This document shows positions 9,142-19,627 of a DNA stretch of 64,000 nt, one piece after another (position 1 is the stretch's first letter; each line of letters starts with the position of its first letter). The DNA lies in contig OZ250150.1 of NCBI GenBank assembly GCA_965237675.1, positions 2,624,001-2,688,000 of the forward strand, written 5' to 3'. The notes under the pieces were generated by a model that searched no databases, was not told the origin of the DNA, and saw nothing but the letters and a program-made list of their open reading frames with translations. Both the position numbers and the translations under genes were made by a program. Source of the stretch: Candidatus Latescibacterota bacterium. Lineage in GTDB: Bacteria; Latescibacterota; UBA2968; GCA-2709665.

Positions 9142-10937
9142 ATGCCCCCTCCCTGAAGGAATCGCTGGAGCGCTGGACCCTCCCGCCGAAGCTCCCGCGC
9201 ACTTTCGATCCGCAGAGAACACGGAAAGCAACCTCGGAAGCAGCGAAGACGCTTGGTGACGTCAAGCCGATAAAACCACCGCTCTACGACCTGAAGATTC
9301 TGCATCGCCGAGTCGTGGACTCATGGCGCCGGGACCGCTCTCTCGCGCGGATCGTGCCCCGCGACCTGCGGCGACTGCCGTGGGTCCTGTTCTACCCGCC
9401 ACAGCACAGACGCAACGCTTGGCTGGCCGCGGAACCCCGCATTGTGGAGGCATACGGCCGCTGGCTGCTCGACGGTCGCCGCTCTCGCTCCGTGCTGGCG
9501 CTGCTGCACGAGTTCCTGCGCATCTACCCGACCGACCTGCCAACCTTCGACGATCTGCGCCAGCTGCTGCAGAGGGCCGTCGAAGGCGGTTCTTCGCTGC
9601 CTCCGTCGCTGCTGAAATGGAGACAAAGGTGTCTGGACTCCTGGCTTCTCGAAGAGGCTGGCGATCTATTGTTCGTAGAAAACCTGGTCTCGGCCCACGA
9701 TGCCGTTGACGACATCCTGGACCGGGGCGGATTCGAAGCCGGACTCGCACGGTGCGGTTTCCTGAAATCAGGCATCCGCAAATACTTACCGCGCGCCAAA
9801 CCGATACTGAATCAGAACCGCCTCGACGCCCCGCGCCTCGACCGGTTGCTCACGCTGCTTGAATGTGAGGGCAATCTGCGTTTCGACGACCGGGATATGC
9901 GCACCGAAGTCGCGACGGCTCTGCTCCGACCCTTTGTCGAACGTCCTCCCGAGCCGACGACGAAAGAACGCCTGCAGCCGTTTTTCCTGCGCCACTTCCG
10001 CGATCCTCGTCTGGGATCGGGGAAACACAAGTGGTCAGGTGTTCCCGACGAAATCCGCCGCGTCGTGATCCGGTGGCTCGTCGAACGCGCCCTCGAGCAG
10101 TTTTTCCTGCTCGTCAAGGAGACGGCGCTCGACCGACACTGGCGCTACCGGGAGGCTTTCTGGCGGGCATTCCACCGAGAGGGCCTGATCGATGACATCT
10201 GGTTCGTCCTGGGTCGGCGGGCGAAAGTTTCCCTGCGGCAGATGAATGAGAAGAAAGACGAGACCGAAACGAGCGCCGATCTCCGGGGCGCTCAGGCCGA
10301 CCAGTCGGTACTCCTTCTGCGCATGACCGGGGTGACCATTGCCGAATGGAGCCACAACGGTAGCTGCAGGATGTGGCTTGATGGCAATAGAAACGCACCC
10401 AAGATGTACCAAGGAAAGGTCTATCTCGGTGACGACTTGAGACGCGGTTCGGATTTTTGGCAACGTCATGTAGGAAGCGAGTATGGCCGCTGGCAGGATG
10501 AGATCGCACGATGGTTGCATGACAACACCGGTATGAAGATCGATCGCGCTGAGTACTTTCCGGTCCGCTTGCGTGAACGGCAGACCGGCTACTACCCGTA
10601 CGACAAACCGTCGGCCCGCCGGTCACGACCTCAGGCCGCTCCAAGAAGCAGCCCTGGTTCCCCGTCGCAAACCGACCGGACAGCAACGGTCGCAGCAGCG
10701 TTTCGGGAGTTGCAGAAGGTTCGGAACGCAGTTATGGCCTCCCGAAAGCTTCGGGTGGACCTGCGGGCCTTCATGGATGCGACCTCGCCAGCATGGGCGG
10801 CTTACGTAGCGAAACACGGGGTTCCAGGCTATGGGACGCGCGGGAAAATCGTGCTTGATCGCTTGGACTCGACGATCCGGCATCAGCGTTTCATTCTCGA
10901 AAGAAGTAAGTCGCGGACCTACGGCGTCCGAACATAA
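9138..10937 (+). CDS. zorC: Zorya ZorC (EH-signature domain protein)
   Basis: DPR...W, R..FW, IAEWSHNGSCRMW...H EH-signature; TTG start overlaps the zorB stop; lies between zorB and an SNF2 helicase. Confidence 0.85.
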   Translation: MNAPSLKESLERWTLPPKLPRTFDPQRTRKATSEAAKTLGDVKPIKPPLYDLKILHRRVVDSWRRDRSLARIVPRDLRRLPWVLFYPPQHRRNAWLAAEPRIVEAYGRWLLDGRRSRSVLALLHEFLRIYPTDLPTFDDLRQLLQRAVEGGSSLPPSLLKWRQRCLDSWLLEEAGDLLFVENLVSAHDAVDDILDRGGFEAGLARCGFLKSGIRKYLPRAKPILNQNRLDAPRLDRLLTLLECEGNLRFDDRDMRTEVATALLRPFVERPPEPTTKERLQPFFLRHFRDPRLGSGKHKWSGVPDEIRRVVIRWLVERALEQFFLLVKETALDRHWRYREAFWRAFHREGLIDDIWFVLGRRAKVSLRQMNEKKDETETSADLRGAQADQSVLLLRMTGVTIAEWSHNGSCRMWLDGNRNAPKMYQGKVYLGDDLRRGSDFWQRHVGSEYGRWQDEIARWLHDNTGMKIDRAEYFPVRLRERQTGYYPYDKPSARRSRPQAAPRSSPGSPSQTDRTATVAAAFRELQKVRNAVMASRKLRVDLRAFMDATSPAWAAYVAKHGVPGYGTRGKIVLDRLDSTIRHQRFILERSKSRTYGVRT

Positions 10938-11044
10938 TGTTGTTCCATTCGATCAAGCGCTCGGGACACCGGCCGACTCAAGAAGGGGGTACTTGTAGTC
11001 CAGACCGGTGCGGGCGCATATCCCAATACCATGGAGCATCTCCC

Positions 11045-14000
11045 ATGCCGAACCACTTTGTAACAGATCCGACGTCGGCGGGCTTGATCGTAGGGATGAA
11101 GGGCGATCCTCCGGTCCCGGTGAGCGAGTGGACCGCGCATGCGGTCGGAATGCTCGGCGTCGGCGCCCTCATTCGACTGCGTGACGACGGCGGCGCCATT
11201 GAGTGCGACAACGGTACAACGCTCTGCGTCTACTGGAAAAGCGTCGCCGGACTGACGTCTGACGAACTGCGGTACACCGGTCTTCCAGATGCCGCGCCCT
11301 GCGCGCTCGAGGTTGTGACGAACGGTGCCATTCACGACCCCGATTTCGAAATCCGCTGCGGCTACATTAGGGATGGTCGGCGCGTCCCCGCCGTTCAGCG
11401 CGAGGGGGCTTGGCTGCACGCCGGCGGCGAAGACTTCGTGCTGCTTGATCCTCTGTACTCCATCGCCGAAGCCATAAATCGTTTCAATCGGGCCGAAGAG
11501 ACGGACCTCGAATCGAGGATGCTCCGCTGGGGACAGATCGTGGAGATGCTGCCTGCGGACGCCGTTGTCAGCGATGAAAACCTACGGTCCCTCAAGATTG
11601 CCGTGGCCTCGAGTTTCGAACTCACCCCATTCGTCAATGACGACGGCGAGCCGGACTTCGACCCGGTGGTCGGCCGGCGCGAGACCCATGTCAACGAGGC
11701 GGGTGAGGAGGAACAAGCGTTCGCTGTTGCCTTGCCGCTCGACCGCCAGAAGGAGTTTGCAAGGCGATTTCGCGGCCTGTCCCGCGTAAAGCACCGGTAT
11801 GCGGCCGGTGGCGGCAGCTACGTCGTGCTGACGCCGGAGATCGAACGGGCTCTCGCCGTGGTACGGCGCGCTCAGGCCGGGAGCTCCGATGAGCGCCGTG
11901 ACTTCCTGCGGAACGTCAGCGGGTACCTGCGCGGAGCATTCGATGACGACGGCACCGACGCGGTCGAACTCGACAGCATCTTCAGCGACGAGGGCTTAAG
12001 CGAACGGGTCAAGGGCGTCGGCATCTGGGTCGACAAGGTACTCCTCTGGATCAAGCTGGCGAAGGCACCGTGGTTGCCGCCCGAGGAATTCGGGATTCTC
12101 ATCGACGGACGGCGCGTGGTCATCCCACCTGAAGGACTGGAAGATGTATACGATCGACTCAAGAAAGCGATCGAGTGCGGCGAACCGACCGTTCAGGTCA
12201 GGATCGGTAACGAGCCCATCGAAATCCCTGCGGACCAGACCACCCTCGGCGCGCTTGAGGAATTGCGCTCTCGGTTAGATCGGAAGCCGAAACGCGATCA
12301 GACAGACCGCGATGTACCGGTGGAACCCGAAGAGTCCGATCAGGTCCTGGAGGTCATCGACAACCTGGATGAAATCCGGTTCCGCCGCGAACGCAGGCCA
12401 TGCAGGCCCGGCATCTCGACCGTCGCCCCCGCCTTGCAGACCGAACTTCTGCCGCACCAACAGAAAGGCCTCGAATGGCTCCAACGGCACTGGGAGGTCG
12501 GCAACTGGGGCGCTCTGCTCGCCGACGATATGGGCCTCGGCAAGACGCTCGAAGCGCTGGCCTTTCTCTTCTCCCTGAAGAGGCACGCCGAAACCTTGGG
12601 GCTCCAACACCGACCTATCCTTGTCGTCGCTCCGACGGGCCTGCTCCGGAACTGGAAGGACGAACACGACAAGCATCTGTCCGGCGCCGGACTCGGCCGC
12701 GTCGTCGAAGCGCACGGCATTGCCTTGCGTGCTCTCAGAAAGGGCACGACCGGACGCGGCGGGGAACTCGCCGATGGACAACCGCTGCTGGACCTCCAGC
12801 CCCTGAAGGCCGCCGACTGGGTGCTGACCACCTATGAGACCCTTCGAGACTATCAGCACAGCTTCGGCCGCGTACGCTGGCGCGCGGGCGTCTTCGACGA
12901 AGCTCAAAAGATCAAGAATCCGGGTGCCCGCCTCACTGATGCGGCGCTCGCCATGAACGTCGATTTCGCCCTGTTGTTGACCGGCACCCCGGTGGAAAAT
13001 CGCCCAGGGGACATCTGGTCGATGCTCGACCGGGCCGAGCCGGGGATGTTCGGGCCCCTGAGGGAATTCAGCCAGCGGTACGAAGCGGGCGGCGTGGACG
13101 GAGCCTCGGCGCTTGCGGAGTTGCATGATCGGCTGACGGCCGAGTCCGACGCACCGGCGCTGATGCTGCGGCGGCTCAAGGAGGACCATATCCCGGAACT
13201 GCCGGAGAAGGATGTGCACAGGCGCGTCGTGGAGATGCCGAAAGAGCAGGCCGAAGCGTACGCGGAGTTCGTGATGAACGGCGGTCCAAGCGGCAACATA
13301 CTCCAGACGCTCCATCACCTTCGAAGCATTTCGCTACACCCGGCGGCTCCCGGCGAGTTTGACATCGACAAGTACATCCAGGCTTCGGCGCGGCTGTCCG
13401 AGGCGTTCCGGATTCTGGATCAGATCGAAGACATCGGACAGAAAGCGCTGCTCTTCGTAGAGGCGCGCTGGATGCAGGACTTCCTGGTGGGGGCGCTGAG
13501 ACGCCGTTTTTCATTGTCTGAGGACGTGCTTGTCATCAACGGGACGGTAGCCGGCAGGATCCGTAAAGCGCGGGTCGATACGTTCCAGGAACGGACCGGG
13601 TTCGACGTAATGATTCTGTCGCCCCGCGCCGGCGGTGTCGGCCTGACGCTGACGGCAGCAAACCATGTTATTCACCTCTCGCGCTGGTGGAACCCGGCGG
13701 TCGAGGATCAGTGTACCGACAGGGTCTTTCGTATCGGCCAGCGGCGTACGGTGCACGTGTACCTGCCCATCGCGCGTCACCCGGAATTCGGAGACTACAG
13801 CTTCGACATAAAGCTCGACAGCTTGATGGAGGGAAAGCGGGAGATGAACCGTCGCGTGCTCGCGCCGACCGCCGCGACGAAAGAGGACGTGAGTAACCTC
13901 TATCAAACCACCATGACGGAAGCGCGAGATAGCGCCTCGGGACCGCCCCATCCAGTAGACCGGACCAATATCGACCAATTGGAGCCTGAAGCCTTCGAAG

Positions 14001-14353
14001 CGTGGGTGCTGCGACAGCTTCAAATCGCTGGTTATGACACGAGACGCACCCCTCGGAGTCGTGATTGTGGAGCTGACGGGCTGGCGGTTTCCTGTGCTGG
14101 CGGGGATCAGCACACCATCGTGGTTCAGTGCAAACACACCCAGCAGCAGGACGCCAAGTGCGGTCCCAAGGCGGTTGAGGAGGTGTTGCATTCACTTCCC
14201 GCGTACGAAGAGGCGATTCGAGGTGACGTACGACCGATGGTCGTGACGAACGGCGCTGGCTTCACGGCTGCGGCGAAACGCCTAGCGGCCGTGAATTGTG
14301 TGCGGCTGGTGGATCGCAACAATCTGTCACGACTTCGATTTGAAGGGAACTAA
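11045..14353 (+). CDS. zorD: Zorya ZorD: SNF2 helicase with C-terminal Mrr-like nuclease
   Basis: LLADDMGLGKT, FDEAQKIKN, TGTPVEN, AGGVGLTLT, WWNPAVEDQCTDRVFRIGQ, then Mrr-cat LEPEAFE...DCGADG...VQCK. Start is uncertain (10937 or 11045). Confidence 0.88.
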   Translation: MPNHFVTDPTSAGLIVGMKGDPPVPVSEWTAHAVGMLGVGALIRLRDDGGAIECDNGTTLCVYWKSVAGLTSDELRYTGLPDAAPCALEVVTNGAIHDPDFEIRCGYIRDGRRVPAVQREGAWLHAGGEDFVLLDPLYSIAEAINRFNRAEETDLESRMLRWGQIVEMLPADAVVSDENLRSLKIAVASSFELTPFVNDDGEPDFDPVVGRRETHVNEAGEEEQAFAVALPLDRQKEFARRFRGLSRVKHRYAAGGGSYVVLTPEIERALAVVRRAQAGSSDERRDFLRNVSGYLRGAFDDDGTDAVELDSIFSDEGLSERVKGVGIWVDKVLLWIKLAKAPWLPPEEFGILIDGRRVVIPPEGLEDVYDRLKKAIECGEPTVQVRIGNEPIEIPADQTTLGALEELRSRLDRKPKRDQTDRDVPVEPEESDQVLEVIDNLDEIRFRRERRPCRPGISTVAPALQTELLPHQQKGLEWLQRHWEVGNWGALLADDMGLGKTLEALAFLFSLKRHAETLGLQHRPILVVAPTGLLRNWKDEHDKHLSGAGLGRVVEAHGIALRALRKGTTGRGGELADGQPLLDLQPLKAADWVLTTYETLRDYQHSFGRVRWRAGVFDEAQKIKNPGARLTDAALAMNVDFALLLTGTPVENRPGDIWSMLDRAEPGMFGPLREFSQRYEAGGVDGASALAELHDRLTAESDAPALMLRRLKEDHIPELPEKDVHRRVVEMPKEQAEAYAEFVMNGGPSGNILQTLHHLRSISLHPAAPGEFDIDKYIQASARLSEAFRILDQIEDIGQKALLFVEARWMQDFLVGALRRRFSLSEDVLVINGTVAGRIRKARVDTFQERTGFDVMILSPRAGGVGLTLTAANHVIHLSRWWNPAVEDQCTDRVFRIGQRRTVHVYLPIARHPEFGDYSFDIKLDSLMEGKREMNRRVLAPTAATKEDVSNLYQTTMTEARDSASGPPHPVDRTNIDQLEPEAFEAWVLRQLQIAGYDTRRTPRSRDCGADGLAVSCAGGDQHTIVVQCKHTQQQDAKCGPKAVEEVLHSLPAYEEAIRGDVRPMVVTNGAGFTAAAKRLAAVNCVRLVDRNNLSRLRFEGN

Positions 14354-14401
14354 GCGATCGACCGGAACGGCTCTCCGTGTTCCTTATCGAAGGAGTGAAA
14401 C

Positions 14402-14674
14402 ATGCACAAGATTAATCTCCACGAAGCGAAGGACAGTCTCGCGTCACTAGTTAAAGAAGTATTCGATGGAGAGGAAGTGATTATTACCGAAAAAAGCGGT
14501 CTGGCATTTAAACTCGTTCTAATGGAAAAGGCACCCGGTTCGTCTGGCTTCAATCAAGGCAAGCTCTTCAATCCCGAAGGCTTGTGGGAACAGGCGAAGC
14601 CGATAACCTCTGAAGACATTGCTGAAGTGCGAAACGAAATGTGGCGGAAGTTTGATCAAACGGATAAAACATGA
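14402..14674 (+). CDS. Phd/YefM family antitoxin
   Basis: INLHEAKDSLASLVKEVFDGEEVIITE; ATGA overlap with a PIN gene. Confidence 0.8.
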   Translation: MHKINLHEAKDSLASLVKEVFDGEEVIITEKSGLAFKLVLMEKAPGSSGFNQGKLFNPEGLWEQAKPITSEDIAEVRNEMWRKFDQTDKT

Positions 14675-15067
14675 CGTCTCTGGTTTTGAATACGCATTCA
14701 TTTGTCTGGTTCCTGGCGCGTTCATCAGACTTATCATCTGTTGCTCGTCAGACCATTCGAGATGCAATTTCAGCAGGGTCTCCAGTCTATGTGTCATCAG
14801 TAACAATTGTCGAGGTTATATACTTGACGGAAAAAAAACGACTGTCCCGACGAAATTTGATTGACTTGAAAGCTACATTGCATCGATTCGGGATTCAGAG
14901 TTGCTCCTTTTGATCTCGCCATTGCAGAACAACTGGAAAATATCCCTCGTGATCGAATACCCAATATGCCGGATCGTATGATTGCGGCAACAGCACAGTA
15001 CCTCGGTCTCCCTTTAGTCACGACGGATTATCAGATACGACAATCAGAAGTTGAAACCATTTGGTGA
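14671..15067 (+). pseudogene. vapC: VapC/PIN toxin, frameshifted
   Basis: N-half LVLNTHSFVWFL...SSVTIVEVIYL; C-half in another frame DSGFRVAPFDLAIAE...PDRMIAATAQYLGLPLVTTD...TIW* ending at 15067; shift lies at about 14868-14890. Confidence 0.8.
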
Positions 15068-15501
15068 ATTTACGATGTGGAGATGTCAAACCTGTTCCGA
15101 ATGAGTCCATCAGAATCGTCACAGCCCAACTGTCAGAATCCACCGATGGGTATTCGGTTTACTTCGCCATTGGACAACCTTTCGTCAACTGAATGCGCTG
15201 CTGATCTGCCGCCGTAAGCGATTGATGCGCAAACGCAATGGTCGTAGCTCAAGGATTTGCTCGAAGATGGATAAGCGGAAAAAAGGGCCTTCTGGTATCG
15301 GTATGACATCGTCTACCGGATCGGAATTTCACTGCTTTATAGTCGCGCCAGGGCCCATGTTGGGAATGCCTCGATCCTGGCCATTTACTGGGTTGGATCC
15401 AGCAAGAGCCAGGACAATAACGCATATCCCCGCTGTTTGAAGTCAGGAAACGCGTCGGTTCTGGGCCTTTCATCACGGAAATCTCACCAGGGAGTACGCA
15501 A

Positions 15502-17370
15502 ATGAAACCGTTCTCAGAAGATCTGCTCGCGAAACTGAATAACGCAACGGTGGCGCCGCCGGAGACAAGGCCGAGGGTCCTGCTGGGCGCGGAGGAGGTG
15601 TCCGAGGTTCGACAACGGGCGAGGGCGATACCCGGTTTCGTTGACAGACTTGTCGAGTCGGCAAGAGACGCGTCCGGCAATGAGGATCTTTTCGGTCCCA
15701 CCCCGGAACTTCCGTACTTCTGCCAGACCCCGCTCCGGTCGCTGGCAAACGCCGCCTTTATACTGGAAGATGACGCATTCGCGGCAAGGGCGCTGGAGGG
15801 CGTGGAGGTGATGTTCTCGTTTCCAACGGACGAGTGGGTGGCCCGGCCTCACCGCCCCATGCGATGTGACCACGCCATGCTGAACGTGGCGTCAGCAATC
15901 GGTTTGACGATGGACCTCTGTTCGTCGCTCTGGCCGGCAGACGCGGTGGCGTCGATCTCGCGGCGGATCAACGCGTATACGGTGGCAAGGTTTCTGGAAA
16001 CATGGGAAAAACAGGATGCGCACTGGTCGAGTCCGGACTACCATTGGAACTGGAAGATCATGTGCTGCGGCGAGATGGGTACGGCGGCAATTTCGTGCGC
16101 TGAGGCGATTTCGGATCTCGACTCTGTGTTACAGGCGGCGCTCGAAGGGTGTCTGGACATTCTGGATTTCGTTCCGCCGGAAGGGGACTGGGCGGAAGGG
16201 CCCGGATACTGGCTGGGTACGCTGGGACACGGCGTCAAGTTCGGTGTCGGCTTGAAGCGGGCAACCGGGGGAGCGGTGAATCTGTTCGAACATCCCGCAT
16301 TGCGGAAAACCGGGGACTATATCGTCCACGTGACCGAACCCGACGGACAGGTATACAATTTCAACGATAACGGGATTTCCCTTGGCGGCAGCCTCGACTA
16401 TTTGTTGCTGCTGGCAACGCTGAACCGGCGCGGAGACTGGGCGCGAACGGCGCGCGCCAGCGATCATGCAACCGTTGAGCGCCTGATCTGGGACGATCCG
16501 TCGCTGGCCGACGAGATCCCGACAGAGACCGCCCGAAGTTATCCCACGACCGGTGTGGTGACGATGCGCAGCGGGTGGGACGACCGGGCGACCTTTGTGG
16601 GCCTCAAATCGGGTTCGAGCGCCGTCGGCCACTCACAGCTCGACGCGAATTCATTTGTGGTCACCTCGCGGGGGGAACGGCTGTTGATCGACGAAGGTAT
16701 CTGGCCGTACGGCCACGCGCTGGGGTTTTTCGACAGCGACGGGGGCGGGCGGTGGAATTTTGACGGAAACGGGACGATCGGGCACAATACGCTGATGGTC
16801 GACGGCGGGGGTCAGCGCTACGGAGCCGACTATCCGGGCAGAATCGTTTCTTTCGAGCGTGGTGAAGAGGTGGACGTGGCCGTCGGCGACGCGACGGCGG
16901 CCTACGGCGGAAAATTGAAGCGGTATCTGCGCACGCTGGCCTATGTGAAACCTGACGTGGTCCTGGTATACGACCGGGTTTCGTCCGAGGAGCCCCGGCT
17001 GCTGGAGTGGCTGTTTCATCACCGGGCCGAGGTATCCGGCGACGAGCGGCTGACCGAGTTCAGACGGAACGGCGTGACGCTGTCGTTGTCCAGAGTGATT
17101 CCGGAAGAGGCGGAATGCTGGCGGTTAAGCGACGTGAAGCGGACCAGCATGTACACGGAGTCCAATCAGTATCGACCCCATCGGGTCAGCGTCGAATATC
17201 GAGGTTTCGGGCCGTTTCATCCATGCCGGGAAATCGAGGTTTTGTGGGCGATTCACGTGGGGGACGCTTCCGATCGGCCGGAGGTCGAGGCATCGGAGGG
17301 GGATCGGGTGGCGACGGTCCGGGTGGTGTTCGGGGGCGGGAACGAGCGAATCGTGACGCTCACGAAGTAG
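15502..17370 (+). CDS. Heparinase II/III-like polysaccharide lyase
   Basis: NW...EGPGYW, YNFND, TGVVTMRSGWD, GHSQLDANSF, GHNTLMVDGGGQ. Confidence 0.82.
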   Translation: MKPFSEDLLAKLNNATVAPPETRPRVLLGAEEVSEVRQRARAIPGFVDRLVESARDASGNEDLFGPTPELPYFCQTPLRSLANAAFILEDDAFAARALEGVEVMFSFPTDEWVARPHRPMRCDHAMLNVASAIGLTMDLCSSLWPADAVASISRRINAYTVARFLETWEKQDAHWSSPDYHWNWKIMCCGEMGTAAISCAEAISDLDSVLQAALEGCLDILDFVPPEGDWAEGPGYWLGTLGHGVKFGVGLKRATGGAVNLFEHPALRKTGDYIVHVTEPDGQVYNFNDNGISLGGSLDYLLLLATLNRRGDWARTARASDHATVERLIWDDPSLADEIPTETARSYPTTGVVTMRSGWDDRATFVGLKSGSSAVGHSQLDANSFVVTSRGERLLIDEGIWPYGHALGFFDSDGGGRWNFDGNGTIGHNTLMVDGGGQRYGADYPGRIVSFERGEEVDVAVGDATAAYGGKLKRYLRTLAYVKPDVVLVYDRVSSEEPRLLEWLFHHRAEVSGDERLTEFRRNGVTLSLSRVIPEEAECWRLSDVKRTSMYTESNQYRPHRVSVEYRGFGPFHPCREIEVLWAIHVGDASDRPEVEASEGDRVATVRVVFGGGNERIVTLTK

Positions 17371-17385
17371 ACCGTCGCGCCCCGC

Positions 17386-19602
17386 TTATTTCGATGGCGG
17401 CGCTGTACTCTGCGATGGCTGATCAGGACGCTTCCGTCTGGCGCTTAGTTCCGCCCGGATTTTTTCAATCAGCCATCCGTAATGCAGGAGTGTCTGGTCG
17501 TTGGTGTTTTTCTCCGCAGTAAGTTTTATATATCTGTTCAGGTACGTCGCCCCCCTTTCCGCCATGCCCACCCGGATCAGGCCCACGTAGGCCCCGGCCG
17601 ACAGCCCGGAATCGGAAATCCTGCGAAGTTCCCTCTTCGCGTCGACGCTCCTGCCCTCCGCAAGATAGACCTCGCGCAGCAACAGGCGTCCCAGCGCGAA
17701 TTCCGGCTTCACGTCCAGGCTGCGCTGGAACGCGCTCTCGGCACGCTTCCACGCCTTGCGATGGTAGGCGACCACGCCGGCATGGACGTATCTGTCGGGT
17801 AGCGCCGGGTCTGTCCGGACTTCCGCCCTCCACTGTTCAAGCAGGTCCTGCACCTTCGGGTTCGTGCGCCGGTAGATCAGAACGCGGGGATGGTCGAATC
17901 CCGTGATCGTGGGTTCGGCGTCCGCTTCGGAATACGTGAATCCCAGAATTTCGGGGGCGACTTTGAACTGCGCAACCCGTTCAAATCCCAGGCTCTCTTC
18001 GGCCAGGCGGCGGTAGTAGGTGTGAGCGACCGGGTATCGTCGCGGCACCTTCATGAACGGCCGCATGCGGTTCTCCTCGATCACGACAATCCATTTGACG
18101 CCTGACAACCGGTTTTGTATGAATTCGACATGTGCCTCGTAGGGCAGGTTGCCGTCGGCACTGAGAAACCAGGCCGCCTCGTCCAGCTTTTGTTTGTATC
18201 GGTCCGCCGGCACCATCCAGGACGTCGGGTATCCGCCCCGCTCGGCCAGCACACGTTCCCCTTCGGGAATTTTTCGCTTTATCCATCCAGCGGCTTCGAA
18301 GCGGCTGCTGGACCGGTAGACTCGAGATGTTGCGATGCCATAGGTGGCTGTGGGAATAACCACAAGCACCACGGGCAGAGCGTAAACCCAAACCTGGTTC
18401 AGACGCCGGCGCATCCAAACTGCGGCCTCAACGCAGGCCCAGGCGCCCATCACCGCCATCAGCGGTTGCATCGGTGTGGTATAACGGACAGGCTTGGTGT
18501 GGAGTCCCGCCACCAAAAGGAAGTATGGCGCCAGCCAGGCCAGCAGCACCCACCAGCCGCGCTGCCTCTTCCAGATGGCCAGCGCAACGCCGCACAGGGC
18601 CGCAACTTCCAGGGGCGTTCCCAGCGCGTACCGGAATAGATGCGTGATAAAGTACAAATAGGGTGGGGTGGAGAAATCGTAGAGCCCCCAGATCCGGATC
18701 GTCTGCCCCTTCGCTACCCTCATGCTGGGCAGGAAATTTCTCATGTCTTTCGAACTGAAGAATTCTCCAGGCCTGAGCAGGAGGGGTTCGCAGACCACTA
18801 CAACCGCAACCACGACCGCCCCGCAAAGCAGCGCTCTCGGCGTAACCGCGGGGCCCACACGGCGCCAAACTCTTCCTGCTTGCACCGCTACCCATCCTCG
18901 TTTTTGCCCCGGCTTCCGCTTCCCGCGCCCCACCTCCATGTTTTCCGTCCCTGTTTGCTGCGGCCAGATGTGCGCCATCAGAAAAGGCAGGCAAAGCATT
19001 CCTGCCATCAGCCGCGTCCCGGCCGCCATTCCGCAGACAAGCCCGCAGACCACGTAGGGACGGGTGCGGTCTGAAGGCAGTTTCAGGATGAGGTAGACGC
19101 CCAGGGTGGTCCAGAACGCAAGGGACACGTCCACGGTATAGAAATGGCTCTGCTGGATGTGCCCGGCGCAAAAGGCCAGAAAGGTCGCGCTGAGAACGCC
19201 GGTCCAGATACCAGCCAGATGGCGGCCGATGGCGAATACGACCCACACGGTGAGAGTGCCCAGCGTGGCCGAGATCCCCCGACCCAGGAGGTGGGTGAAT
19301 CTCACCGATCGATTGTCGTTTTTGTCGAACGGCTCGATACCCGCAACGAAACCGGCGCCCTTGGCCAGGACCCACAGGACGTAGGCCGGGCCCTTGGCAT
19401 AGGCCGTGACCGCCTTGGTCACTTCCACGCCCACCAATCCGGCGCTCTCGACAACCGTACGTTCATCGGGATGGAAGGCGTGAAACCTGCCGGTTTCGGG
19501 ATCTGTACCCCAGCCTATCCCGTAGAACCTCAGAACTGCCGATGCAACCAGGATGAAGATAAGGAACGCGTATGCGCTCCGATTTTCTTTTACACTTAAC
19601 AT
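17386..19602 (-). CDS. GT-C fold membrane glycosyltransferase (GT39/ArnT-like) with C-terminal TPR-like region
   Basis: LRFYGIGWG...FHPDE, multiple TM segments, HIQQSHFYTVD, RY..P, FDHPRVLIY, and C-terminal AESAFQRSLDVKPEFA. Confidence 0.75.
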   Translation of the reverse strand: MLSVKENRSAYAFLIFILVASAVLRFYGIGWGTDPETGRFHAFHPDERTVVESAGLVGVEVTKAVTAYAKGPAYVLWVLAKGAGFVAGIEPFDKNDNRSVRFTHLLGRGISATLGTLTVWVVFAIGRHLAGIWTGVLSATFLAFCAGHIQQSHFYTVDVSLAFWTTLGVYLILKLPSDRTRPYVVCGLVCGMAAGTRLMAGMLCLPFLMAHIWPQQTGTENMEVGRGKRKPGQKRGWVAVQAGRVWRRVGPAVTPRALLCGAVVVAVVVVCEPLLLRPGEFFSSKDMRNFLPSMRVAKGQTIRIWGLYDFSTPPYLYFITHLFRYALGTPLEVAALCGVALAIWKRQRGWWVLLAWLAPYFLLVAGLHTKPVRYTTPMQPLMAVMGAWACVEAAVWMRRRLNQVWVYALPVVLVVIPTATYGIATSRVYRSSSRFEAAGWIKRKIPEGERVLAERGGYPTSWMVPADRYKQKLDEAAWFLSADGNLPYEAHVEFIQNRLSGVKWIVVIEENRMRPFMKVPRRYPVAHTYYRRLAEESLGFERVAQFKVAPEILGFTYSEADAEPTITGFDHPRVLIYRRTNPKVQDLLEQWRAEVRTDPALPDRYVHAGVVAYHRKAWKRAESAFQRSLDVKPEFALGRLLLREVYLAEGRSVDAKRELRRISDSGLSAGAYVGLIRVGMAERGATYLNRYIKLTAEKNTNDQTLLHYGWLIEKIRAELSARRKRPDQPSQSTAPPSK

Positions 19603-19627
19603 TGTGGTGTCGGTAATCGCGGGAGCC

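Noticed and set aside
15070-15500. Possible gene remnant at the right edge of the defence island
   Set aside because: No recognisable protein motif or terminal repeat; cannot be supported without a search
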